Source of the DNA: an uncultured Methanoregulaceae archaeon | GTDB lineage: Archaea; Halobacteriota; Methanomicrobia; Methanomicrobiales; Methanospirillaceae | Length of the DNA stretch: 64,000 nt | Assembly (NCBI GenBank): GCA_963841015.1 | Contig: CAWJAX010000005.1 | Span: forward strand, 64,001 to 128,000 | Reading direction: 5' to 3' | In this document: positions 52,338 to 63,874 of the stretch, one piece after another | Layout of the letters: the number at the start of each line of letters is the position of its first letter | Numbering within the stretch: the first letter of the stretch is position 1 | Program-made: the position numbers and the translations under genes | Notes under the pieces: model-generated | The model's input: only the letters and a program-made list of their open reading frames with translations | The model's database searches: none | Told to the model about the DNA's origin: nothing

Positions 52338-52539
52338 TCAGTAGGGTAATAATACGAAGAGGCTCGTAGATGATGAATCCGATCAGTCCGACGAGTAAGA
52401 CACCCGCGGCAGCGACGGTCGCGATCTTGGTAAACTCTTCCCGGGTAGGGGTTCGTGCGAGTTTTAGCACCCGCCAGTATTTGCGGAATAACTCCTCGTG
52501 GAGTATATCGACTTTGAAGTCAGGTTTTGAAATTTCCAT
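52338..52539 (-). CDS. secE: Protein translocase SecE (Sec61 gamma); a +1 indel at ~52361 creates an apparent fusion to Spt5
   Basis: YWRVLKLARTPTREEF plus a TM helix. Removing one G gives IYELFVLLPY* ending 5 nt before the spt5 ATG. Confidence 0.88.
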
Positions 52540-52545
52540 ATCTGC

Positions 52546-53637
52546 TCACTTGAGAAAATCGATCTCAAACTGTTTCTGTACTTTGGGGGTAAGCTTCTCA
52601 TTACGACCATATATTTGTGGCGACCGTACGCCCGTGACAACCAGGAGTGTCCGCATCTTACACTGCATTGCGGGGTCGATCTGTGCCCCCCAGATGATCC
52701 GCGCACCCGGGTCAACACGGTTATAGACTTCCTGCACAACCCCTTCTGCCTCTTCCATGGTCATATCCGGCCCGCCGACCACGTTAACAAGTGCAGCGGT
52801 TGCACCGCTGATATCCACATCAAGGAGCGGAGAGCGGATCGCCTTTTTCACCGAATCCGCAGCTTTGTCCTCGCTGTCACTCTCTCCCATGCCTATCATG
52901 GCAACGCCACCACGTTCCATGACGGTGCGCACATCCGCAAAATCAAGGTTGACTAATCCGGGCATGGTAATCAGTTCGGTAATCCCCTTGACTGCACGCA
53001 TGAGAACTTCATCGGCAACCTTGAAAGCGGCATAAAGAGGGAGCTTGGGTACGACTTCGAGCAGCCGGTCATTCGGCACAACAATAACCGTGTCTGCCAC
53101 ATCCCTGAGGCGCTCAAGCCCTGCCTCTGCATTCTCCATACGGATGGCACCTTCCGCAGAAAAAGGCAGGGTGACGATTGCAATGGTCAGTGCCCCTTCT
53201 TCCCGGGCAGCCTTTGCAACAACCGGGGCGACACCAGTCCCGGTGCCGCCGCCAAGACCAACGGTAATAAAGACCATATCGGAGCCGGAAACGACCGCAC
53301 GGATCTCCGCCTCGTTTTCCAGAGCCGCCTCTTCTCCTATCTGGGGGATGGACCCGGCACCGAGACCCCGGGTTCGCTGCCTGCCAACAAGGATGCGCTG
53401 ATTCGCCTGGGTGCGGATCAGGTGCTGGGCATCCGTATTTATAGCGATCAGTTTTGCCCCGTGAATACCTTCCTCCATCATGCGGGAGATCGTGTTCGAT
53501 CCCCCGCCACCACAACCAATCACCGTGATTTCAGTCTTGAGCTCGGCCAGGATCTGGTCAAGGTCTTCGTTATTCTGCGAGGTGGAAACGGGTTCGTCCC
53601 TCGCCTTAGTAAGTGCCTCTTCTACAATTGACCTCAT
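52546..53637 (-). CDS. ftsZ: Cell division protein FtsZ
   Basis: [24 protein letters not shown]. Confidence 0.97.
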   Translation of the reverse strand: MRSIVEEALTKARDEPVSTSQNNEDLDQILAELKTEITVIGCGGGGSNTISRMMEEGIHGAKLIAINTDAQHLIRTQANQRILVGRQRTRGLGAGSIPQIGEEAALENEAEIRAVVSGSDMVFITVGLGGGTGTGVAPVVAKAAREEGALTIAIVTLPFSAEGAIRMENAEAGLERLRDVADTVIVVPNDRLLEVVPKLPLYAAFKVADEVLMRAVKGITELITMPGLVNLDFADVRTVMERGGVAMIGMGESDSEDKAADSVKKAIRSPLLDVDISGATAALVNVVGGPDMTMEEAEGVVQEVYNRVDPGARIIWGAQIDPAMQCKMRTLLVVTGVRSPQIYGRNEKLTPKVQKQFEIDFLK

Positions 53638-54951
53638 GAAAACTTCTCCAACCCCGGGATGTGGAGTTTAATTTCACTGCAGGAAGACACCATGTCAGGA
53701 GTAATCATCCTGCCATCGATCTCGACTGCCTGACCCGCCACCAGGTGTTTATAGGAAGGTCCTGCGGGAACCCCCAGGTTGCGCGCTTTATGGGGATCGA
53801 ACCTTGCCTTATGTATGATCAGGGTATCTTTCTCCGTTGCAGTGATCTCTTTGTTACGTATGATTTTTACGCACAATGTATTTAAATCATTTATTATTTG
53901 TGAAGAATGGCCTTCATACGTGATAAATTCCGGAAGCAGGCGGTTCTCGTGCGTTGAAAGGTGAACGACCGGAAGTTTACCAAGCGATTGTATCAGGGCA
54001 GTCCCATCTGATTTCACGGTTTCTCCAATCAGATCAGGATTTAACCTGACCATACACAGCGTCCCCTCCCCCGTCAGATTATGGACATAGCACCGTGCGC
54101 CTGAACGGACCTGCTCTGCCATATCACGGACAGCCTGGTAGGTATTCCAGGACAGGTGCCCCATTGCCATGATCTCACTTTCCGAAAGCCGGAGAATCGA
54201 GAGCCGGTTGAGCATCCCGGTCAGATTGCGGAGTTCTTCGCGATCCAGCGCTTTCCGGTCAATATATGCAGCTGACAGCCCCGCTTTTTGCCATCATCGC
54301 CAGCACCAGCTCCTCATCAAGCATCGGGATTTCCCGGGTATGGGCGATATGCCCGAACGCCCCTCTGGAGGTAAGGGCAATCTCAGTCTCCCGTGTTGCA
54401 TAGTGGGTACCACCAAATCCAATCAGAGGCACTGAATTCACCGCAGATGCAGACAAAACGCTTTCCGCGACAGCTCTGCCAGCAACAGGATCTGTCCATT
54501 CCTTCTCTGTACTCCCGATTTCGACAAAGAATGAGGGGTGTGAAAGACCGGTCGGTCCGTGGTGGGTGACTTCATAGGAGACCCGGTATCCTTCAGGACA
54601 GTGTTTCCTGAGTGCACGGAGCGTTGCCTGCATCATCGCGGGGGCTGCAGGCGCAAGAGTGCGGGGACTTCCCCCGACTTCTGCAGCACCAAAATTTCCG
54701 GTCACATGCACGGTGAGGACCGGAACGGGATTGGCACTGTAATGCCGTGAGAGAAAGATCAGGAGATCTGCATCAATCTGTATATCGATATGTTCTGCAT
54801 GGATCAGACGCTCAGCCACATGATAGAAATCATAGGTACGATCCTGATACTGGTCCCCCCCAGGAGCAATCGTACCAAGAAGGTGTTCGATGTGGTGCCG
54901 GATATTCACTCCCGCCTTGTCCTGCCGGGAGTTGATAAGAGCGACCTTCAT
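53634..54951 (-). CDS. dtdA: D-aminoacyl-tRNA deacylase with a C-terminal extension, split by a +1 indel at ~54274
   Basis: FLSRH, EVTHHGP, FVEIGS, GFGGTHY. Frames join as [12 protein letters not shown]. Confidence 0.88.
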
Positions 54952-55041
54952 GTACCCAGATATTGGCAGTTCATCACGATTAAGAGTCTCATGGTGAATG
55001 AAAGGTAAACCCTATGATGAAGTAAACAGCATAGTGTTACC

Positions 55042-55219
55042 ATGGACTCAGATAAGATTGAACAGGCATTCAAGAGTGCAGGAATCGAAAAGAGCATCAC
55101 CTGCCCGGAGGCATTTTCCATCGCTGCAAAGTTCCGCATCCCCAAAAAGGAGATCAGTGAGTACCTGTAATGCGCACGGGATCAAGATCCGCGGCTGTCA
55201 GCTGGGCTGCTTCAAATGA
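55042..55219 (+). CDS. Small Cys-containing conserved protein, +1 indel at ~55165
   Basis: MDSDKIEQAF..ITCPEAFSIA..EISEY/CNAHGIKIRGCQLGCFK*; ATGA overlap with moeA. Confidence 0.75.
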
Positions 55220-56421
55220 GTCTTTTTTTACAGGTAGTTTCCGTTTCAAAGGCAATCGAAGAGATCAGGAATCTTGCTGTTCGCTGCGGTGATGAATCGG
55301 TCAGCCTCGTCGGGGCACTCCACCGTATTCTCGCAGAGGATATCCGAGCAGACGGGGACATTCCCGGCTTCACCAGATCTGTCGTAGACGGGTACGCAGT
55401 ACCAGCTGCCGATACAACGGGTTCAGGTGAGACCATCCCTTCAATCTTCCCCCTTCGTGGCAGGGTTGCTATGGGAGCGTCTGCAGGCACCCACATCCAA
55501 CCGGGGGAATGTATTTACGTTCCTACCGGAGGAATCCTTCCCGAAGGTGCTGATGCGGTGGTCATGATTGAACATGCTGAGCAGATCGGTAAGGAAATTC
55601 TCGTAAAAAAACCTGTTGCCCATGGGGAAAATGTTCTCTTTTTTAACGAGGATTTTTCCTCAGGAGACGTTGTTTGTACAAGAGGGAAAAGGCTTTCACC
55701 ACAGGACATTGGTGTACTTGCCGCTGCCGGATGCGTTGATGTGCCGGTTGTCAGAATGCCGAAAGTCGGGATACTCTCCACCGGGAACGAACTGGTACCA
55801 GTGAATGTCCGTCCACTGCCCGGACAGGTGAGAGATGTAAACTCGTTCGTTGTTGCCTCGTTCGTACGGGAACAGGGATGCGCACCAATCCTTTACGGGA
55901 TAGTGCGGGATGACCGGGAGGCACTTCGTTCTGCTATCTGTAAAGCAACATCAGAATGTGATGCTGTACTTATCTCCGGAGGCAGTTCCAAAGATGACCG
56001 CGATATAGTAGCAGCGATTATCAGGGAGGAAGGAGCGGTTCTGATCCATGGAATCGCAATTTCTCCCGGCAAACCCACCATTATCGGCAGATATGGGAAT
56101 ATTCCGGTCATCGGGCTGCCCGGCCATCCTGCATCTGCTTTCATCGTACTCGTTGCAATCATCCGTTACCTGTTTGCAGGAATGACCGGGGATACGGCTA
56201 GCGGGGTGCGATCAGTACAGGCTACACTTGGTCAGAATGTGTCATCGTCAAAAGGCAGGGAGGATTATGTGCGGGTCGCTGTACATGATGGGATTGCAAC
56301 ACCCCTGTTCGGAAAATCCGGGCTGCTCAATACCCTTGTAAAAAGCACCGGTGTCGTCCGGATTCCTGCTGAAAGTGAAGGGGTGGAAACCGGAACACTG
56401 GTTGAGGTGATTCTATGGTAA
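55216..56421 (+). CDS. moeA: Molybdopterin molybdotransferase
   Basis: SVVDGYAV, TGG.LP.GADAVVMIE, STGNEL, SGGSS, PGKP, GLPGHP. Confidence 0.94.
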   Translation: MSLFLQVVSVSKAIEEIRNLAVRCGDESVSLVGALHRILAEDIRADGDIPGFTRSVVDGYAVPAADTTGSGETIPSIFPLRGRVAMGASAGTHIQPGECIYVPTGGILPEGADAVVMIEHAEQIGKEILVKKPVAHGENVLFFNEDFSSGDVVCTRGKRLSPQDIGVLAAAGCVDVPVVRMPKVGILSTGNELVPVNVRPLPGQVRDVNSFVVASFVREQGCAPILYGIVRDDREALRSAICKATSECDAVLISGGSSKDDRDIVAAIIREEGAVLIHGIAISPGKPTIIGRYGNIPVIGLPGHPASAFIVLVAIIRYLFAGMTGDTASGVRSVQATLGQNVSSSKGREDYVRVAVHDGIATPLFGKSGLLNTLVKSTGVVRIPAESEGVETGTLVEVILW

Positions 56422-58271
56422 AACGCTATCTCACGGTGACTTCATTATCAGATACCCTCTCGCTCCTTCGCTCCGGATTCTCCTGCACACCGATACGAGA
56501 GATGGTCCCCTTACTTAAATCGGTCGGACGGGTCACTGCAGAACCCATCTTTGCCCGGTATTCAGTGCCTGAAGTGCACCTTGCCGCGATGGATGGTATC
56601 GCCGTTGAAAGCAAAGAGACCCGGGGAGCAAACGAACAACACCCGGTTACCCTGAAGCATGCGGTGAGAGTGAATACCGGTAATGTCGTGCCACCCCACT
56701 ATGATGCCGTGATCATGATCGAGGATGTACATATCGATCATGAGCGGTTTATCATCCGCAAGGCAGCCCCGCCATGGCAGCATGTCCGCCCTGCAGGTGA
56801 AGACATAGGAGAATCCGAAATGGCGCTGCCGTCACGCCACCAGATTCGCCCGGCAGATCTCGGTGCTCTCGCTGCATATGGCATTACCGAATTGCCTGTA
56901 ATTACCGTACGGATCGGGTTGATCCCTACAGGAAGCGAGCTTGTTTCCCACGGTAATCTCCCTGCACCCGGACAGGTAGTTGAGAGTAACACCGTGATGG
57001 CAGAAGCGATGCTGGCAGCGCTTGGTGCACGGTGCACACGCTATCCCATGGTGAAAGATGACCCGGTGCAGATCAGGAAAGTGCTGCAACAAGCGGTTGA
57101 TGAGAATGATCTCGTAATCATCTCTGCAGGATCATCAGCCGGTACAAAAGACTTCACTGCCGATGTGATTGCAGACCTCGGCGAGGTGCTGGTCCACGGG
57201 ATTGCCATAAAACCCGGTAAGCCGGCTATAATCGGGCGGATCAATAAAAAACCGGTCATAGGTATGCCGGGATATCCCCTGTCAGCATTGACGGTACTCC
57301 GCGAGATCGTGACACCACTTGTTCACCAGTTCGGCCTTCCTGTGACCTCGTTTGGCAGTATGGAAGCCTGTTTTACCGTTTCAGTTTCCAAGGATATAGG
57401 GAGTGACGAGTTCGTCTTGTGCTCGCTGGGACATGTGGGTGACCGCTGGGTACTATCTCCCTTATCACGGGGTGCAGGGGTCCAGATGAGTGCGGTCCGG
57501 TCCAACGCGTACCTGAAAATGCCGTCCGGGGTTGAGGGCTACGAAGCAGGGGCCCGGGTAACCGCAAACCTGACCGTTTCACAAACTGAAGCCGAAAAGG
57601 CACTCCTGTTAACCGGGAGCCACGATCCCCTGGTTGACTATCTTGCCGATCTCCTCTCGCAAAAGGACGTTGAACTTCATTCCACGCACGTGGGAAGCAT
57701 GGGAGGGATCCTCGCCCTCAAAAAGAACGAGTGCCATGCTGCCCCGATGCACCTGCTCGCCGAAGATGGGGACTACAACATCCCCTCTCTGCAAAAATAC
57801 CTGCCGGGGGAGGATATTGTCCTGATTTGTGTCACGGAGCGACAACAGGGGATAGTCTCAAAAAAGGGAATCGATTTCAAAGAACTGCAGCGCCACACTT
57901 TTGTAAACAGGCAGCGGGGATCCGGTACACGGATGTTGCTTGATCACCTGCTGGGGAAGAATCGTATCGACCCATCCCAGATCCAGGGGTATGAGCGGGA
58001 GGTGACTACCCATCTTGCCGTGGCTCTTGCAGTGAAATCCGGAGAAGCCGATGCCGGGATGTGCGTTTATAGTGCAGCAAAGGCACTCGGACTCCGGTTC
58101 ATTCCGGTAGCATCGGAACGCTACGAGATCGCGATACGTCGCGAGCATCTTGAGGATCCCCGGGTTTCGGAACTCTGTAAAACCCTGGTCTCACCTGCAT
58201 TTAAGGAGATCCTTGACCGCCTCGGGGGGTACGGTACAAGGGAGACAGGCGTGCGGCGTGAACTGCCATAG
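56415..58271 (+). CDS. moeA: MoeA fused to a PBP/LysR substrate-binding domain
   Basis: AMDGIAV, PTGSEL, KPGKP; C-terminal GSHD, HVGSMGG, NRQRGSGTR. Confidence 0.93.
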   Translation: MVKRYLTVTSLSDTLSLLRSGFSCTPIREMVPLLKSVGRVTAEPIFARYSVPEVHLAAMDGIAVESKETRGANEQHPVTLKHAVRVNTGNVVPPHYDAVIMIEDVHIDHERFIIRKAAPPWQHVRPAGEDIGESEMALPSRHQIRPADLGALAAYGITELPVITVRIGLIPTGSELVSHGNLPAPGQVVESNTVMAEAMLAALGARCTRYPMVKDDPVQIRKVLQQAVDENDLVIISAGSSAGTKDFTADVIADLGEVLVHGIAIKPGKPAIIGRINKKPVIGMPGYPLSALTVLREIVTPLVHQFGLPVTSFGSMEACFTVSVSKDIGSDEFVLCSLGHVGDRWVLSPLSRGAGVQMSAVRSNAYLKMPSGVEGYEAGARVTANLTVSQTEAEKALLLTGSHDPLVDYLADLLSQKDVELHSTHVGSMGGILALKKNECHAAPMHLLAEDGDYNIPSLQKYLPGEDIVLICVTERQQGIVSKKGIDFKELQRHTFVNRQRGSGTRMLLDHLLGKNRIDPSQIQGYEREVTTHLAVALAVKSGEADAGMCVYSAAKALGLRFIPVASERYEIAIRREHLEDPRVSELCKTLVSPAFKEILDRLGGYGTRETGVRRELP

Positions 58272-58288
58272 TACCAAGACTCAGCCAG

Positions 58289-59722
58289 CTACTCCATCCC
58301 GCCATTCCGGTTGATCACCATCAGCCGAAGCTCGGTCATCTCCTCAATCGCATAGCGAGGACCTTCACGCCCGATCCCTGACCCCTTCATACCACCGTAT
58401 GGCATCTGATCGACCCGGAAGGTGGGAATGTCGTTCACGATAACTCCCCCCACTTCCATCTCTCCAAATGCCCGCATAACCCGGTTGAGGTTCTGGGTGA
58501 ATATTCCGATCTGGAGACCGAACTCACCCGCGTTGGCCATCCGGAGTGCTTCAGAAAAATCATCATAGGGGATTACAGAGATAACCGGAGCAAATACTTC
58601 CTCACGAACTACTCTCATGTCCGGTTTCGTATCGACAATAACGGTGGGTTCAAACAATGACTCTTCCAGTTCACCGCCGATCAGAACGCGTGCACCCTGC
58701 TGTTCAGCTTCCTGGACTTTCCTGTATGCCTCCTCTGCCTTCTCCTTATCGATCATAGGACCAATATCAGTCGCAGATTCGCGGGGGTCGCCAACCTTCA
58801 GCGCCTTCATCGCTGAGAGAATTTTTTCAAGGGTGCGATCGTAGACAGGGCGGTGCACCAGCACCCGCTGGACAGATATGCAGACCTGACCGGCGTTAAT
58901 AAAACCCCCGGTAGCGATCCGGTCTGCAGCAAAATCGAGGTTTGCATCCTCGTGAACGATAACTGCTGCGTTCCCTCCCAGTTCCAGTCCTACCTTTTTT
59001 CGTCCTGCAATAGTACGAAGGTGCCAGCCAACCGAACAACTGCCGGTGAACGAGAGATATGCAATACGGGGATCCCGTACGAGATTTTCCGCACGTGCTT
59101 TTACGCAGGGTATTACGCTAATCGCTTCCGGGGGGAGACCGGCTTCGAGCGTCATCGCACCAAGAAGTAAGCTACAAACGGGTGTAACGGTTGCGGGTTT
59201 GAGAATGATGGAGTTCCCTGCAGCGATAGCCGGTGCGAGCTTGTGGCAGGCGAGATTCAGCGGGAAATTAAATGGGACAATCCCAAGAACAGGTCCAAGA
59301 GGGAACCGCTGGAGAAAACCAACTTTCCCTTCAGTTTCATCTGTCCAGTCGAGCGGGATTATCTCCCCGTAGATTCGTTTTGCTTCCTCCGCAGAAGTCC
59401 GGACAGTTACCTCTGCACGGGATATCTCATTGACCGCAAACTTTTTTGTTTTGCCACCTTCCATCACCATCACATCGACCAGTTCGTCTGACCGCTTATG
59501 GATCTCATCGGCAAGACGGGAAAGGATTCGTGACCGTGTTCCTGAAGAAAGCCTGCGGGTTTTTTCATATCCCCGCACTGCTGCCGCAACTGCTTCCTTC
59601 AAATCGCTCTCGCTCGCCAGGCAGACCTTTGCGTATAGTTCACCAGTGTAGGGAAAATACACATTCACGGTTTTTGCGGTCTTCTTCTTAACACCGCCAA
59701 GAATAATGGGATATGTCTCCAT
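58289..59722 (-). CDS. Aldehyde dehydrogenase (lactaldehyde dehydrogenase-like)
   Basis: PFNFP, FTGS, LELGGN, GQVCIS, EEVFAP. Confidence 0.93.
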   Translation of the reverse strand: METYPIILGGVKKKTAKTVNVYFPYTGELYAKVCLASESDLKEAVAAAVRGYEKTRRLSSGTRSRILSRLADEIHKRSDELVDVMVMEGGKTKKFAVNEISRAEVTVRTSAEEAKRIYGEIIPLDWTDETEGKVGFLQRFPLGPVLGIVPFNFPLNLACHKLAPAIAAGNSIILKPATVTPVCSLLLGAMTLEAGLPPEAISVIPCVKARAENLVRDPRIAYLSFTGSCSVGWHLRTIAGRKKVGLELGGNAAVIVHEDANLDFAADRIATGGFINAGQVCISVQRVLVHRPVYDRTLEKILSAMKALKVGDPRESATDIGPMIDKEKAEEAYRKVQEAEQQGARVLIGGELEESLFEPTVIVDTKPDMRVVREEVFAPVISVIPYDDFSEALRMANAGEFGLQIGIFTQNLNRVMRAFGEMEVGGVIVNDIPTFRVDQMPYGGMKGSGIGREGPRYAIEEMTELRLMVINRNGGME

Positions 59723-59914
59723 CAATGATCATTCCGGTCAGTTCTGAGGGTCTGTTTTATTCCGTTGTGTTCTCCAGAATTTCCGTTGTGGCATGCATAT
59801 CGTTACAGCATCTGAAGTCATCCATAAGACTATTCCAACTCTGAAGGTAGGTCTGTCCAAATAAAAGGATTCGGTTCGGTCTTAAAAAAAGTGGCGTTTC
59901 TCCTTGCACGAGCA

Positions 59915-60487
59915 TCAGAGCCGTGTAATTTTTACCGGTACCCGGAAGATGGCATCATTGATACCGGATTCCTTCCGGTCATCAGCGCACAGGAAATACT
60001 TACCCTGGTTCTTTATCGTGAGGGTCTTTTCCTGGGGAACGGAGATATCATTGAGCTGGATGAGGGGTGAAATCCCGTCATACACCCAGGTCTTCTTTAC
60101 GGTATCCCAGGTTGGTCTGACAGTCTCGATCTTTTCATAATCATCTACCTTAAGAAACAGAATATTCACATTGATCGTCCCCCCAGCAGGGGATGTTGCC
60201 CATATCGTATACTTCTGATCAGGGTAAAGATAGTCAACCCCGAGAGCCTTCTGGAGGTCAAGGCATTTATAGTCATTAAAATGGGTGTCAATAGTGGTCT
60301 CCAGACCACTGTTTTTTGCCGCCTGATAGGCAGAAGTTACCTGAGTATACGAGGGAGCCGGGGGAACGCCCGGAACTGGTGTTGTCACAGCCACGGTGGT
60401 CGTATTCGGTGTCGTAGTACAACCGCAAACACATGCAAGCAGGATCACCATTACCCCGATAATGAGAGAGTATCGTTCGAATCTCAT
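59915..60487 (-). CDS. Hypothetical secreted lipoprotein
   Basis: Signal peptide with CGC lipobox and a Thr/Pro linker. Confidence 0.75.
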   Translation of the reverse strand: MRFERYSLIIGVMVILLACVCGCTTTPNTTTVAVTTPVPGVPPAPSYTQVTSAYQAAKNSGLETTIDTHFNDYKCLDLQKALGVDYLYPDQKYTIWATSPAGGTINVNILFLKVDDYEKIETVRPTWDTVKKTWVYDGISPLIQLNDISVPQEKTLTIKNQGKYFLCADDRKESGINDAIFRVPVKITRL

Positions 60488-60665
60488 GATGTTCAATTCA
60501 AAAGTTACGCATATAATTGTTACGATTCCGATCCACCGGGTACTTCGTTTTTTGGTACTGCCGGAAACCCGGTAACCTGTGATGGGAGAAAAACTACTTT
60601 GTCCACCAGCACCAACATTGCCCTACGCACATTTCTGCGTCATAAACATATTTAAGAGGGGTTTT

Positions 60666-63600
60666 GTGAGAGAAGTCATCGCTAACTTCAATGCACAGTC
60701 GATAGAGTGTGCGGTGCAGGAACACTGGCGCACCAATGATACTTACGCAACCGTAAAACAGCACCGCGGTGGAGGGAAACCGTTCTTTTTTGTTGACGGT
60801 CCTCCCTATACCACAGGGACCATTCACCTGGGAACTGCGTGGAACAAGATACTAAAAGACTCTGTCCTGCGCTATCACCGCATGAATGACCGGCATGTAA
60901 TTGACCGGGCTGGCTACGATATGCACGGTCTTCCGATCGAAGTAAAAGTTGAGCAGGCACTCGGTTTTGAGTCAAAAAAGGATATCGAGAAGTATGGTAT
61001 CCGGAAATTCATCGATCAATGCCGGGAGTTTGCTACCAGGAACAAGCTCCTGATGGATGACCAGTTCGCCAGTCTTGGCGTCTGGCTGGACTTCCCGGGC
61101 GCTTACCAGACGGTTATGCCTGAATATATCGAGGCTGCATGGTGGACACTCGCACGGGCTGAGCAAAAGGGCATGCTCGAACGCGGGCACCGTGTTGTCA
61201 ACTGGTGTCCCCGGTGCGAGACAGCGATTGCAGATGCTGAAGTGGAATACAGGGACGTGAACGACCCCTCGGTTTTCGTCAAGTTCCCCCTCAAAGGTAA
61301 GAAAAACGAATACCTTGTTATCTGGACGACAACACCGTGGACGCTACCTGCCAACGTTGCCGTGGCCGTAGCTGGGGATTTCGAGTATGCAAAAGTGCTC
61401 GCCAAAAAAGACGACAGGGAAACACTCCTCTGGATCGCCGAACCATTGGTAAAAGCGGTTCTGAAGAAGGGACGCTGTAAAGACTTTTCCATTCTCGAGA
61501 CAAAGAAGGGTGCCGATCTCGCAGGATGGGAATATGAATCACCGCTCTGTTCCTGCGTGCCACTCCAGCGCGAGATCGATCACAAGGTTCTCACCGCAGA
61601 TTTCGTTGCGCTCGAGAATACCGGCATGGTTCATATCGCACCCGGCCATGGCTGGGACGACTTCGTGCTGGGGACAAAGGAGGGACTTGCCATTGTCTGC
61701 CCGGTGGATGGTGCCGGGAAATTCAAAGAAGAGGCCGGGATCTTTGCGGGTCAGTTCGTGCGGGATTCCAATGAGAATGTTCTGGTAGCGCTTGGCGATC
61801 ACCTGTTTGCACAAGAGACCGTCACCCACCGCTATGGTCACTGCTGGCGCTGCAAGACACCGATCATCTTCCGGGCGACATCACAATGGTTCTTGAAAAT
61901 CTCAGAGATGCGGGATCTGATGCTCAAAGAAGTGGCGAAAGTCACCTGGTACCGGATTGGGCGGGAAGCGCACGGTTCTACGACTGGATCAAGGAAGCCC
62001 GCGACTGGTGTATCTCGCGCCAGCGCTACTGGGGCATACCGATCCCCGTCTGGGTCTGCCCGAAATGCGATGCTTATCGGGTGATAGGTACTATCAGCGA
62101 ACTCGAAGAGCGCAGCGGCAGGCCACTCGCGGATCCACACCGCCCCTACGTTGATGATGTTACAATCCCCTGCAACTGCGGCGGTACGATGAAACGGGTC
62201 GAGGATATCTTCGATGTCTGGTTCGACTCGGCCGTTGCATCGTGGGCTACACTCGGATTCCCGGGTAAAACCACAGAGTTTGATATCCTCTGGCCGGCAG
62301 ATTTTATCACGGAAGGACAGGACCAGACCCGTGGATGGTTTTACTCCCAGCTCGGAGCGAGCATCATCGCATTCGGCAAAGCACCCTACCGGAGTGTCTG
62401 CATGCACGGCTTTGCTCTCGATGCCGAGGGGAAGAAGATGTCAAAAAGCCTTGGCAATGTCGTAACACCCGAAGAGGTCATCGCAAAAGTCGGTGTCGAT
62501 GTGCTCCGGCTGTACGTGCTTTCCTCATCAGCTCCCTGGGACGATCTCAAGTTTAACTGGGAGGGTGTTGGCACCACCAACCGTGCTATGAACATTCTCT
62601 GGAACGTGTACCGTTTCCCGCTCCCCTATATGATCCTGGATAAATTCGAACCTTCAAACAGGAATGGTGTCTGGGATGGGGCGTACATCCGGGCACACCT
62701 CAGTCATATGCCAGACGAGGACCGTTTCATCATATCCCGTATTAACTCTGTCGCTGCCACCGTTGATACAGCGTTGAAGGAATGCCAGCTCCACCGGGCA
62801 ACCCGGGAACTGGTGAACTTTATCCTGGAAGATCTCTCCCGCTGGTATGTTCAGCTTGTCCGCCCCCGCATGTGGTCTGAGGGGGAGTCGGTTGACAAAC
62901 TCCATGCCTATGAGACGATCTACTATGTTATGCGCCGGCTCACCGGGCTCCTTGCGCCGTTCTGCCCCCATATCACTGAGGAGATCTACCAGAACCTCAG
63001 GTGCGGGAATGATCCCGCAAGCATTCATCTGCAGGACTGGAATGCCGGGGATCCCGCACTTGTTGATGCATCTCTCGAACATGCGGTTTATATCGTCCGA
63101 TCCTTTGATGACGCATGTGCAAATGCACGTCAGGCAGGCAGGCGGAAACTCCGCTGGCCGGTATCTGAAGTAGTCGTGGTTACGGGTTCAGAAACGGTAA
63201 AAAACGCTATTGAACGGTTGAATGCAGTCTGTATGGACCGGGCTAATGCCCGTAAGGTGTCCGTTATCATGGAACGATGGGACCGGATCGGCTGGCAGGC
63301 AGAACCGGTCATGAAGGCGCTCGGAAAAGCATTTGGCAAGAACTCCTTCAAAGTGAAAGGACTAATCGAAAGTGCCGATGGCAACCATCTCAAAGCAGAG
63401 ATCGGGGTCGGGCGGACCGTAAAACTCAGTGCCAATGGCGAGGTCTTCGAAATCGGTGCGGAACACATGACCTTCACCGAAAAACTCCCATCGGAAGTGT
63501 TTTCCGCTCCCATGCAGGACGCAACGGTGTATGTGGATGTCAGGCTCGATGATGATCTCGAGAGGGAAGGGTATGAGCGTGAGGTTATCCGCCGGATACA

Positions 63601-63874
63601 GGAAATGCGCAAACAACTCGATCTTGTTGTCAGCGAGTTCATCTCAGTGGAAGTGCTGGTAGATAATGCCAGGATCTTCGACCTTCTTAGTAAAAACAGC
63701 CAAAACAATATTGCAGGAGAGGTTTTAGCGGTAGTACCGGATAAAGGAGTCCTGTTTTCCTTCCTTAAACCGGGAGACAGACTAAGGCCTCATGCATCAA
63801 TAAAGGAATGGGAAATTGAAGGAGCAACAGAGACTGTCAGCATGACTATAGGGATCTCACGGGCAGGCAACTAA
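60666..63874 (+). CDS. ileS: Isoleucine--tRNA ligase, split by a -1 indel at ~61952
   Basis: DGPPY..HLGT, WTTTPWTLP, DWCISRQRYWG, KMSKS. Frames join as VTWYPDWAG. Confidence 0.95.

Noticed and set aside
51808-52539. Apparent novel SecE-Spt5 fusion protein (243 aa)
   Set aside because: Removing one G at an AGCT site restores a normal SecE stop 5 nt before the spt5 ATG. It fits the window-wide indel pattern.
4599-63874. Programmed frameshifting or mass pseudogenisation of rnj, thermosome, helicase, dtdA, ileS and others
   Set aside because: The sites have mixed +1 and -1 directions and lack slippery heptamers. The affected genes, including essential ileS, show no other decay. Sequencing error is the more parsimonious explanation.
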